A stretch of 64,000 nucleotides of DNA from a virus, in the IMG/VR virus record IMGVR_UViG_3300035687_000003, positions 1 to 64,000 of that record; one strand, 5' to 3'. Both the position numbers and the translations under genes were made by a program. Under the pieces are notes generated by a model that was not told the origin of the DNA, ran no database searches, and worked only from the letters and a program-made list of their open reading frames with translations. Positions 56,291 through 64,000 of the stretch are shown piece after piece; position 1 is the stretch's first letter, and each line of letters opens with the position of its first letter.

Positions 56291-57376
56291 GTGACTGCTG
56301 TGACCATTACGTCCCCCTGTTACGCGTCGAGAGACACCGTCAAACGAGCAATGGATGTCGCAAATACTGCGAGGATGAACGCTCGGATTGATCGCCTTAT
56401 CCAGGCTTCATCGCGTCAGATCGACAGTACCTGCAATCGGACGTTCTACCCGTGGTCCGGTACCCGCCACTTCGACTGGCCGATCAACTATTCGGGTAGC
56501 GGAGGCAGGCCATGGCAGATATGGCTAAACGCTGACGAGCTTATCTCCGTGACCGCGGTGAGTTCCGGCAACGTAGCTATTCCGGTGGGCAGCGTGTACC
56601 TGGAACCCGCTAACTCCGGGCCGCCGTACAGTCGTCTGGAGGTTGCGCTGGCGTCGGGTGCCTCATTCTCCGGAGCGTCCACCTGGCAGCGCGGTGTGGC
56701 CGTCACCGGGTTGTACGGGTACGACAATGACGAGGTAGCGGCTGGCGCGATCGTTGGCGCGATGACCAGCTCGCAGACCGCGGTGACTGTGACCAGCTCC
56801 AGCATGTTGTCCGCCGGGGCACTGATCCGGGTTGATAACGAGCGGATGCTGGTTACGGACACGGCCATGGTCACCACCGGGGTCACGTTCACTGGGCCGA
56901 TCACTGCCAGCGCGGCTGACGTGTCGCTTGACGTGGGCGGGCCGGCCAGTGGGTTCACGGTCGATGAGACGATCATGCTTGATGCTGAGCGGATGCTGGT
57001 CGTCGACATTGCCGGTACCCGGCTGGTCGTGAAGCGTGCCTGGGATGGCAGCGTGCTCGCCGCCCACTCCAATGCTCTGATTTACGCGGCCCGGTCCTTG
57101 TCCCTGATCCGCGGCTACCTGGGCACCACGGCGGCATCGCACCTCACTGGGATACCGGTGCAGCTGCACGTGCCGCCCGCACAGGCAGAGCAAGCATGCG
57201 TCGGGCTCACCCTGTATGGACTCATCACGGAACACGGCGGGATGCGCGCTACGCCGATCACTCCGCTGGGCAGTGATCGGTCGGCATCGGTGAAACGCAC
57301 CTCCAGTCCGGTCGACGCATTGCTTGACGAGCTTTACTCCGCACTGGGAAGAAAAGGTCGGACACGTGTGATCTGA
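56291..57376 (+). CDS. Head-to-tail adaptor with inserted duplicated domains
   Basis: YA.R..VK.A.D...ASS.ID..C.R.FYP; two copies of ERMLV.D...RG..G...AH. Confidence 0.8.
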   Translation: MTAVTITSPCYASRDTVKRAMDVANTARMNARIDRLIQASSRQIDSTCNRTFYPWSGTRHFDWPINYSGSGGRPWQIWLNADELISVTAVSSGNVAIPVGSVYLEPANSGPPYSRLEVALASGASFSGASTWQRGVAVTGLYGYDNDEVAAGAIVGAMTSSQTAVTVTSSSMLSAGALIRVDNERMLVTDTAMVTTGVTFTGPITASAADVSLDVGGPASGFTVDETIMLDAERMLVVDIAGTRLVVKRAWDGSVLAAHSNALIYAARSLSLIRGYLGTTAASHLTGIPVQLHVPPAQAEQACVGLTLYGLITEHGGMRATPITPLGSDRSASVKRTSSPVDALLDELYSALGRKGRTRVI

Positions 57377-57384
57377 AAGATCGG

Positions 57385-57762
57385 GTGACATTGGTGACTG
57401 ACGTATCCGGCCCACTTTTTCACAGCGAAGCGCAGCTGGATGGAATGCTCCACGAGATTGAATCCGCAGTCGCGCAACGCGGATACGAGTTAGTGCAAGC
57501 CAACCTGGCGGGCAGTCTGCAACATCCCCGCGGCGGATACCAGTCGACAATCAACGTGCGACATGACGGGCCGGGAGCGGAAGTCACTGACAATGGTACG
57601 AAAGTCTATAATCATTGGCTGGAGGGGACGGGTAGCAGGAATGCGCCTGCGACTATATTTGCGGGCTACCATTCGTTCCGCCGTGCCAGTGAGGAGCTGG
57701 ATGCGCAAGCGGAGGATATTGCTGAGCCGATCGTGGCGCAATTCTGTGCGGCGGTGAACTGA
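57385..57762 (+). CDS. Neck/tail completion protein
   Basis: Y..WLEG.GSRN...F.GYHSFRRA; position in the module. Confidence 0.75.
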   Translation: MTLVTDVSGPLFHSEAQLDGMLHEIESAVAQRGYELVQANLAGSLQHPRGGYQSTINVRHDGPGAEVTDNGTKVYNHWLEGTGSRNAPATIFAGYHSFRRASEELDAQAEDIAEPIVAQFCAAVN

Positions 57763-58242
57763 GTGCCTAACCCTAACCTTGTGGCAATGGATGTCGTCGG
57801 CATTTTCAATGCCATCCAAAGTCACGCCATGACACTTGGCCTATTCGAGACTGTCTGTGGTCATGAGACGGTGAACGCCCCCGGTCACGGGCTGCATTAT
57901 GAGATCTGGGCCGGCCCGATCGGGCCTATCCGTGGCGGATCCGGTCTGGACATCACCAGCGCTTCGGTCACCATTCAGGGCCGTGTGAAAGTGAACACGA
58001 CACGGGACCCGCGGGATCTGGTCGAAACGGACCTGCTGTACGCGGTGGACCGGCTCATCTCCGAATACACCGCTAACTTCCAGCTCGGTTTGCCCGGTGT
58101 CCGCAACATCGACGTACACGGCGCATACGGGCTGGCGTTGAGCGCTAGGCCCGGGTATATCAGTCAAAGCGGTGACCTCTTCCGTGTCGCGGACATAACC
58201 ATCCCGATCATCTGTAACGATGTCTGGGAACAGCTTCCATGA
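57763..58242 (+). CDS. Tail terminator-like protein
   Basis: SHA..LG.F..V..HE; F.LG..VRN.D..GA.G; P.I.ND.W.Q. Confidence 0.75.
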   Translation: MPNPNLVAMDVVGIFNAIQSHAMTLGLFETVCGHETVNAPGHGLHYEIWAGPIGPIRGGSGLDITSASVTIQGRVKVNTTRDPRDLVETDLLYAVDRLISEYTANFQLGLPGVRNIDVHGAYGLALSARPGYISQSGDLFRVADITIPIICNDVWEQLP

Positions 58243-58258
58243 CTTGGGCGGTGACTAG

Positions 58259-58330
58259 GTGACTTATCCGCTGCCAGGGACGTTCGTCGACGAAAACCTC
58301 ACCGTCCCGGTGTCCGCCAGATCATCGTAA
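58259..58330 (+). pseudogene. Truncated duplicate of the N-terminus of the following LamG gene
   Basis: VTYPLPGTFVDENLTVPVSA-RSS-stop versus MTYPLPGTFINDSITVPVSA. Confidence 0.75.
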
Positions 58331-58348
58331 GAAGGGTGTTTATCGACG

Positions 58349-59314
58349 ATGACTTACCCGCTACCCGGTACATTTATAAATGATTCTATAACGGTGCCCG
58401 TGTCTGCTCAGAACCTTAATGAGTTCACAGCAGCAATTATTGATCTAGATGCGAGAATCACAGCTGGTACGAATATGGTTCGCGTAGTGGCTTACACATC
58501 AATTAGTCAAGCAAGACCAGCGTGGGCGGGTTCAGTGGTCTGGCAGGGTGACATCACCAGCTTGGGGATGCCCACTAATATGATTGCTCGTAGGGATTGG
58601 ACACAAGATTTTGGTCCAGCGGTCCCCGACGGAGCTAGATTCCTCGATGGTACATCCGGCAACTACGCGTCAGCGGTAGACTCAGCCTCTTTGCGCACCC
58701 CGTCTACTGCTATCACTTTAGCAGGATGGTGGAAACCAACCACAGGTGGTATTGCAGACTATGGCGTCTTCGACAAAGCGGGTAACACGGTAAGTCGAGC
58801 TGCGTCATATGGGATTGTACGTGACGGTAGTGCCGACAACCGTAATCTGCGGTTCCGACTTGGCTTGACCACGGCAGGCAACGTTACCGTCGACAATCCA
58901 ACTATGTCATCGGTGCTCGCGTCGGACACGTGGTACTTTATCGCCGCGACATGGATATCTGGCGCTGCTCCTCGATTTCGAGTGTGGTCTCAAGCAGGAA
59001 CTTTAGTGATTGACAACTCTGGGTCTACATTTACGGATAGCATCATTTATGGGGCGGATCAGTTCCGAGTTGGTCGAGATGATGTGGCCAGAGATGGGCG
59101 TTTTACTGCCGCGGCTATTGGCGTGCACAATGCAGTGCTCACTGACCCACAGATACAAACATGGCGTAATACGGGTGTGCCGCCCATTACGCTATCCGGC
59201 GGGTTTTGGGCATTTAACGGTTCGGGTGCCACTGAGGCGGATACAGCACAATCAAATACACTCACTATCAATGGCACTATTACACGAGTGCTCGGCCCCT
59301 ATGGTGGGTACTAA
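58349..59314 (+). CDS. Virion-associated LamG/concanavalin A-like protein
   Basis: P.SA.NLN N-terminal anchor; ITLAGWWKP, DTWYFIAATW, HN.VLT..QI; low GC. Confidence 0.8.
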   Translation: MTYPLPGTFINDSITVPVSAQNLNEFTAAIIDLDARITAGTNMVRVVAYTSISQARPAWAGSVVWQGDITSLGMPTNMIARRDWTQDFGPAVPDGARFLDGTSGNYASAVDSASLRTPSTAITLAGWWKPTTGGIADYGVFDKAGNTVSRAASYGIVRDGSADNRNLRFRLGLTTAGNVTVDNPTMSSVLASDTWYFIAATWISGAAPRFRVWSQAGTLVIDNSGSTFTDSIIYGADQFRVGRDDVARDGRFTAAAIGVHNAVLTDPQIQTWRNTGVPPITLSGGFWAFNGSGATEADTAQSNTLTINGTITRVLGPYGGY

Positions 59315-60615
59315 TGCTTGCTGAAAAGTACTTAGGTGCTGATGGTAGGGTCCGATCATTATCGGCACGCCGCGTTGCATTACCTGGATCACCATTGACT
59401 GCATTGTCGCATAATCACAAGGAAGGCACTAGCCGCGGAACACATACGTACTTTGGAAGCCTAGTCACGCTATCAGCTCAAATTTCAGCGGAGCGTAATG
59501 GTGGGACATCTATCGCGATGATAGAACCTGGCTGGAATTCGTGGGAAACCGCAGATAATGTATTTTCATCATCCTATGCAGCTACGATTGCTGCGAGTGT
59601 AAAAGCTGCACAGGACTACAACTCGAAAGTAACACTCGCACTCGGTACGTATAATCCTCCTACCTATGTTGCTGCACTTACCAATGGCGTATACGTTAAT
59701 CAAGCTGGAGCCTCGTCAACAGAAGCAAACATTGTATTTAATCAAACCATTCGGACACGAGTGGAGCGATATTATACGCAACTGGCAGCGTCAGTCGATC
59801 TTAGCAAGATATGGGCAATCAGGATCACTTCCGGTAGCGATCCAGAACTGCTTTACCCCAATGGAGCTTACTGGGCATACGATGTCAATGCACAGAATGG
59901 AACGAACCGCCCACCAACTATGCCCTTGTGCCCTTTCCCTGGATGGGTACCAGGTAACACATCCATTACCATCGCCCAAGTTAGACTATGGGTACAATGG
60001 TATATTCAGTGCCTTGCTGATGTTGTAGATTGGCAGATGCGCTACCTCAGAGGATTAGGCTTTCGTGGACACTTTGAAATCATCACTCCAGGTCAAGGGA
60101 CACGGCCAGGAGTGTGGGATACTGAAATAAATGCTCGGCTTATCCCCACAACGTCAGTAACCGGTCGTGGCGCGGTATGGCATTATCTATATCAGGTACT
60201 GTTAGACAAGTCTCACATCACCGCATACGTGTCGTCAGTCGCCGATGGTTCTGGATCAGATGATGTAACTCTCACAACTGATGATGGAGTAGGGTTGGCT
60301 GATGCAGCATCAGCGAATTGGTCAGCCGTTCGGTACATCACCCGAGTGGCACGCGAGTACGGAATGCGTATTGGTGGAGAAAATGTCGGATACAACTCCC
60401 CACCAGCGTTCAACGCGAAATACATTGACCTAACCGCAACGGGGATGTTGCAGACCTCGTTTCGTCAACTGATAGGCAGCAATTTCGATGTTTACTATTG
60501 GGCGCACTCAGATCAGATGTGGCCTGCGCTCAACCGTATGCCATTCAGTAACTACTCGAGCCAAATACTAGCCAGGAACCCTGGCCCCGTAGCTGTTCCA
60601 CCAACAGCAATCTAA
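59314..60615 (+). CDS. Putative glycoside hydrolase (GH14/GH42-like TIM barrel)
   Basis: WNSWET, P..V, G...ELLYP and IGGEN motifs resemble beta-amylase catalytic motifs; TAATG coupling; low GC. Confidence 0.65.
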   Translation: MLAEKYLGADGRVRSLSARRVALPGSPLTALSHNHKEGTSRGTHTYFGSLVTLSAQISAERNGGTSIAMIEPGWNSWETADNVFSSSYAATIAASVKAAQDYNSKVTLALGTYNPPTYVAALTNGVYVNQAGASSTEANIVFNQTIRTRVERYYTQLAASVDLSKIWAIRITSGSDPELLYPNGAYWAYDVNAQNGTNRPPTMPLCPFPGWVPGNTSITIAQVRLWVQWYIQCLADVVDWQMRYLRGLGFRGHFEIITPGQGTRPGVWDTEINARLIPTTSVTGRGAVWHYLYQVLLDKSHITAYVSSVADGSGSDDVTLTTDDGVGLADAASANWSAVRYITRVAREYGMRIGGENVGYNSPPAFNAKYIDLTATGMLQTSFRQLIGSNFDVYYWAHSDQMWPALNRMPFSNYSSQILARNPGPVAVPPTAI

Positions 60616-60736
60616 TAGGCAGATCTACGTCGAGTTCCTACCCTAGAACTAACGACAGCCGTGCTGCAATCGGAACGGCGGTGCGATATCAACTCGATGG
60701 TGCCTTCAGCTCTTAAGAGAAGGGACGCGGCTCACG

Positions 60737-61549
60737 ATGCCCGCACCATCACTGTCGCTCGCACCATCACTGTCGCTAGCTCCGTCACTGTCGGGAGGCA
60801 CTGCAATGAAGGGCTCTGGACTCGGTGACCTATTTTTCATTGGCGGGATGAACGTATCTGGCGATATTAATTCATTGTCCAGTGTCAGTGGTGGCAATAC
60901 CCCGATCGACGTTACCGCGATCAACCAATCCGGAGTGGCCCGGCTTGGCGGGCAGCGCACCGGCGCAATGGATTTCGTGTGCTATCACAACACGACGGCT
61001 GGGCAGATTCACTCGGTGTTGGCCGCATTGCCTACTGCTGACGTGATTGCTACTTACCTGCGCGGCTCCGCGTTGGGTACGCCGGCTGCGTCGATCAACG
61101 CTAAGCAACTCGATTACTCGCCTAAGCGGGCCGCGAACGGTGCGCTGACTATCGACGTAAAAACGCTATCCAACTCGTTCGGGTTGGAATGGGGGCTGGC
61201 CGGAACCGCGGGAGTCCGGACGGATAGTGCTGCCACTAACGGTTCAGGATTTGACAGTCTCGGCTCTTTAGGTATCGCCGGAGTGCGGCTATATGTGCAC
61301 CTGCTTGCATTCACTGGGACTTCGGTGACGATTAAGCTGCAAGAGTCTAACGATATTGGCGGTGTTGACCCATGGGCTGATATTACGGGGGCCACTACCG
61401 GAGCATTGACTGTCGCCGGGGCAACGCGAATCGCCACCGTCAGCGGCACAAAGCAATTTCTGCGAGTGGTGACTACGGGCACATTCTCTAACGCTCAATT
61501 CGTTGCCAACGTGGTACCCACCGATTACGCGGTGGGGGTGGTGTTCTAG
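60737..61549 (+). CDS. Tail structural protein (alternative start at 60806)
   Basis: K.SGLGD...GG..SGDI, DVT.IN.S..R.GG.R, GLEWG. Confidence 0.8.
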   Translation: MPAPSLSLAPSLSLAPSLSGGTAMKGSGLGDLFFIGGMNVSGDINSLSSVSGGNTPIDVTAINQSGVARLGGQRTGAMDFVCYHNTTAGQIHSVLAALPTADVIATYLRGSALGTPAASINAKQLDYSPKRAANGALTIDVKTLSNSFGLEWGLAGTAGVRTDSAATNGSGFDSLGSLGIAGVRLYVHLLAFTGTSVTIKLQESNDIGGVDPWADITGATTGALTVAGATRIATVSGTKQFLRVVTTGTFSNAQFVANVVPTDYAVGVVF

Positions 61550-62001
61550 TGAGCGGACTTAACCGGCTGGAGCCCGCGATGCCGGTCGGAACGTACCGCA
61601 CATTCAGCGTAGCAACGCCGCTGTCCACGCATACCCGTGTCGCTAGTTGCTTAGAGGTGGAATGCCTCGCGCACGAGAACGGGTGGATGACGACGGTGGA
61701 CGAGCGCACCGAGCTCGGCCGGGGCCAGGCCGATTACATCCGACATGCGATGACACCGCGGCGGCACTACACAGAGAGCCGGGAAGGCGACCTGACGGTG
61801 TTCACGTTCCCGGCTGGCCAGAAGTGCTTCGCTGAGCACCGGATCGACTTGGACCGGCCAGCGTTTTTCCGGGCCCGGCCAGGGGACCATCGGATCCGGC
61901 CGGCGCAACACGAGATCTACCAGTACGCGAATGGCGATGATTTCGTGGATGACTTCGCGAACAATCAGCAGGCACTCGCGGAGCGCATTAACAGGGGTTA
62001 G
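61549..62001 (+). CDS. Conserved actinophage tail-region protein
   Basis: C.EV.C...GW.T.VDE.T.LG..QA.YIR; F.AGQ.CF..H. Confidence 0.8.
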   Translation: MSGLNRLEPAMPVGTYRTFSVATPLSTHTRVASCLEVECLAHENGWMTTVDERTELGRGQADYIRHAMTPRRHYTESREGDLTVFTFPAGQKCFAEHRIDLDRPAFFRARPGDHRIRPAQHEIYQYANGDDFVDDFANNQQALAERINRG

Positions 62002-62093
62002 ATGTGCTGATCTAAAGTTAACAAGGGATGTATAGGCAGGTGGACTGCCTGCATGGCGTATAGTTTATGCCGCCAAGCTTGTACTGTTTGGCT

Positions 62094-62738
62094 ATGGACG
62101 CTCCTTATTCTCGGCACTGCACAAAATGTGGCCTACTTAAATCGTTAGAAGCCTTCTCTAAGGCACCTAACGGAAAGTATGGACGTAAGGCAACATGTAA
62201 GGGTTGTGACGCTGCACGGTTCGCTGTCAAATATGTGCCGCACCCGGAAGGCCGAATTGGCCCACGCCGACCCCCGTTACCACTGGATACGTTAAGGTCG
62301 TGCACGAAATGTAAGACGACTAAGCCGCTATCAGAATTCAGCCTGTCTCGACGAGCGCGCGGTACACAGAATGCCGTATATCGCAGTAATTGCAAAAAAT
62401 GCGCTTCGCTGGATACGATAGAATGGCATAAACGGAATCCTGGTCGTGTCGAAGCTAACCGACGTACTCGTAATCTAAAATTATACGGCATGACGAAACA
62501 GGACTATGTTGATTTACTCCATAAACAAGGCGGTGGCTGTGCCATATGTGGCACTGACAGAGGTGGGCAGAAATCAGGTAAAGTGATGCGAATGTCGGTA
62601 GATCACGATCATCGAACTGGTGCATTTCGCGGTATTCTGTGCAATCGCTGCAATCGGGCAATAGGCTTACTGGGCGACGATCCAATCTTACTCCGTAAGG
62701 CTATAAGCTATCTTATAAGAGCCCGATCCAAAGGTTAG
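62094..62738 (+). CDS. Endonuclease VII-family homing endonuclease
   Basis: CTKC...K.L..F repeats; Q.G.CAIC...VDHDH.TG..RG.LC..CN..IG; low GC. Confidence 0.9.
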   Translation: MDAPYSRHCTKCGLLKSLEAFSKAPNGKYGRKATCKGCDAARFAVKYVPHPEGRIGPRRPPLPLDTLRSCTKCKTTKPLSEFSLSRRARGTQNAVYRSNCKKCASLDTIEWHKRNPGRVEANRRTRNLKLYGMTKQDYVDLLHKQGGGCAICGTDRGGQKSGKVMRMSVDHDHRTGAFRGILCNRCNRAIGLLGDDPILLRKAISYLIRARSKG

Positions 62739-62747
62739 GAGAGAGCA

Positions 62748-63149
62748 ATTAGCAAAAGCTCCGGAATTGGGCAAACCACACTTACAGTAGACGATGCTTC
62801 GGGTACCCCGACAGTCATTAAGAATGACGTGACAAACTGGGATATCAGCACACCGCGAGCCGTTCAAGACGTGACCGGTGTTGACAAGTCAGCAATCGAA
62901 CGGCTGCTCCTGTTGGCAGATGTTTCAGTCACGCTGAGCCTTGTTTTCAATGCCACGGGAGCGCACCTCGTGTTCAGGACGGTCCCGTCCACGTCCGTGG
63001 CCCGGACGTCCACATTCACAGTCAACGGCGTGACGCTGGCACCGGAGATCCTGTACACCGACTACAAGCTGACGAGAGCTGCCAACGGCGCATTGACGGC
63101 GAGTGCGCCGGGGAGTCTTGCGGATGGCGTTGTGCCGACGTGGTCTTAA
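62748..63149 (+). CDS. Major tail tube protein, ATT start
   Basis: AGGAGAGAG RBS then ATT AGC AAA AGC TCC GGA in frame with TPRAVQDVTGVDKSAIERLLLLAD...LADG.VPTW. Confidence 0.8.
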   Translation: MSKSSGIGQTTLTVDDASGTPTVIKNDVTNWDISTPRAVQDVTGVDKSAIERLLLLADVSVTLSLVFNATGAHLVFRTVPSTSVARTSTFTVNGVTLAPEILYTDYKLTRAANGALTASAPGSLADGVVPTWS

Positions 63150-63200
63150 CTCTCTGTAGTAGTTGTTAACTTACGGTCAACAGAGAGAGGATCTTGCCGA

Positions 63201-63674
63201 ATGGGGTTCGTGCCCGAGCGGAACACCTACCGACTCACCTTCGCTGACGTCGAGAAATATGCGAACCTTACTGTCCGGATGACCGGGCTGGACGTCGGCG
63301 AGATCCTTGACTCCATGACCATCGACGGCCAGGCATTAGATACCGCCGCGCTGGAAAAGGCCATGGAAAGCAACGACGTGGCAGGTGCCGTCGCCATGTT
63401 TGCCGAGATTAGAGACACCGTGACCCGCACATACGAGACGTTTGCCCGGCATCTCGTGTCATGGAATGTGGAAACCCCGGACGGCGAACATGTGCCAGAA
63501 ACGTTGGACGGCGTGCGATCCCAGGACGCGGCATTCATCCGCGACATCATGGACGCCTGGCGGACCGGCGTGACAGGGGTTGATAGAAATTTAGCTCAGC
63601 CATCGAAAAATGGCGCGCCGTCGGCGGCGCTATCGATACCGATGGAACCATTGTCTCCAAACCCGCCGAGCTAG
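63201..63674 (+). CDS. Tail assembly chaperone (G)
   Basis: After the tail tube gene; LVSWN.E..G..VP.T..G; GAGG RBS. Confidence 0.85.
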   Translation: MGFVPERNTYRLTFADVEKYANLTVRMTGLDVGEILDSMTIDGQALDTAALEKAMESNDVAGAVAMFAEIRDTVTRTYETFARHLVSWNVETPDGEHVPETLDGVRSQDAAFIRDIMDAWRTGVTGVDRNLAQPSKNGAPSAALSIPMEPLSPNPPS

Positions 63675-63826
63675 TCACCGCAGAGTTCGTACTCGGTGCC
63701 TGCGAACGCTTCGGATGCCTACCCTCACAGCTCTACCGGGAGGATGCGGACCTTATTCGGTTGCTAACCCTTGAGCAGCTGGGGGGTAGCCGGGAGCAGG
63801 CGACTACGGATAATCCGTACAGCTGA
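63587..63826 (+). CDS. Tail assembly chaperone extension (T) via -1 frameshift
   Basis: In-frame slippery heptamer A AAT TTA at 63587-63593; open -1 frame ...CERFGCLPSQL..EDA.LIRLL. Confidence 0.8.
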   Translation, partial: KFSSAIEKWRAVGGAIDTDGTIVSKPAELVTAEFVLGACERFGCLPSQLYREDADLIRLLTLEQLGGSREQATTDNPYS

Positions 63827-63883
63827 GCACGACGAAAGGTTGACCAATCAACCCTGCCCGCAAGGAAGGGGAACTGGCCAGCC

Positions 63884-64000
63884 TTGAACGAGATCAATAT
63901 AGAAGTTCACGCGACATCCACTGGCCTCATGCGTGGCGAGATCAAGCGTGACATCGACACCGCCGCAGCCGGCCAAGAGATCAAGATTCCGGTCAACGCC
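63884..64000 (+). CDS. Tape measure protein, N-terminal fragment
   Basis: AAGGAAGGGG upstream; NEINIEVHA...; position after the chaperones; open to the window end. Confidence 0.65.
   Translation, partial: MNEINIEVHATSTGLMRGEIKRDIDTAAAGQEIKIPVNA

Larger units (their letters stand above)
1..64000. mobile_element. Tailed actinobacteriophage/prophage genome segment (siphovirus-like)
   Basis: Terminase-portal-protease-capsid-head/tail joining-tail tube-chaperone-tape measure synteny, phage replication/recombination genes, and dense small ORFs with ATGA/GTGA overlaps. Confidence 0.97.

Noticed and set aside
58259-58420. Diversity-generating retroelement template/variable repeat
   Set aside because: Differences are not adenine-specific, the repeat is N-terminal, and no reverse transcriptase is present in the window
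1-64000. tRNA, tmRNA or rRNA genes
   Set aside because: No cloverleaf with T-loop/D-loop consensus recognised in the intergenic gaps by eye; a tRNAscan/Infernal run would be needed to exclude them

Overview
The whole window reads as one contiguous segment of a high-GC tailed phage or prophage of an actinobacterium. The host-like DnaX, Lsr2, SSB and DUF6131 point to an actinomycete host, possibly Pseudonocardiales (inference). No integrase, lysis genes, tRNA or CRISPR were seen. Layout: (1) 1-16 kb, a leftward replication/DNA-metabolism arm with an SNF2-helicase-methyltransferase fusion, a DnaN sliding clamp, SLOG, a primase-helicase carrying an internal iteron array, and a MazG-like NTPase. 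(2) 16-22 kb, a rightward GntR/UTRA regulator and accessory genes including an intact full-length bacterial-type DnaX clamp loader. (3) 22-28.6 kb, a leftward block with an internally deleted C5 methyltransferase, RecT/HNH/RecE and a DnaQ-like exonuclease. (4) 28.6-35 kb, rightward RuvC-like, SSB, MerR-type HTH and Lsr2 genes. (5) 35-37 kb, an 11-bp-period repeat array and secreted/membrane peptides. (6) 37-64 kb, virion morphogenesis: terminase, HK97-type portal, ClpP-like protease, capsid, three paralogous decoration-like proteins, an Ala/Thr/Ser-rich fibre, head-tail joining genes, a low-GC LamG + glycoside hydrolase cassette, a tail tube gene starting with ATT, tail chaperones with a -1 frameshift, and the start of the tape measure gene. 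Five free-standing homing-type endonucleases are scattered through the window. Best candidates for novelty: a polymerase-less Pol III accessory kit (DnaN + DnaX + DnaQ-like + SSB + primase/helicase); a modular virion-surface system with short peptide modules reused on different proteins; a fully symmetric bidirectional leaderless promoter; and a two-hairpin leader shared by two unrelated HNH genes. All family assignments come from motif recognition by eye, not from database searches.
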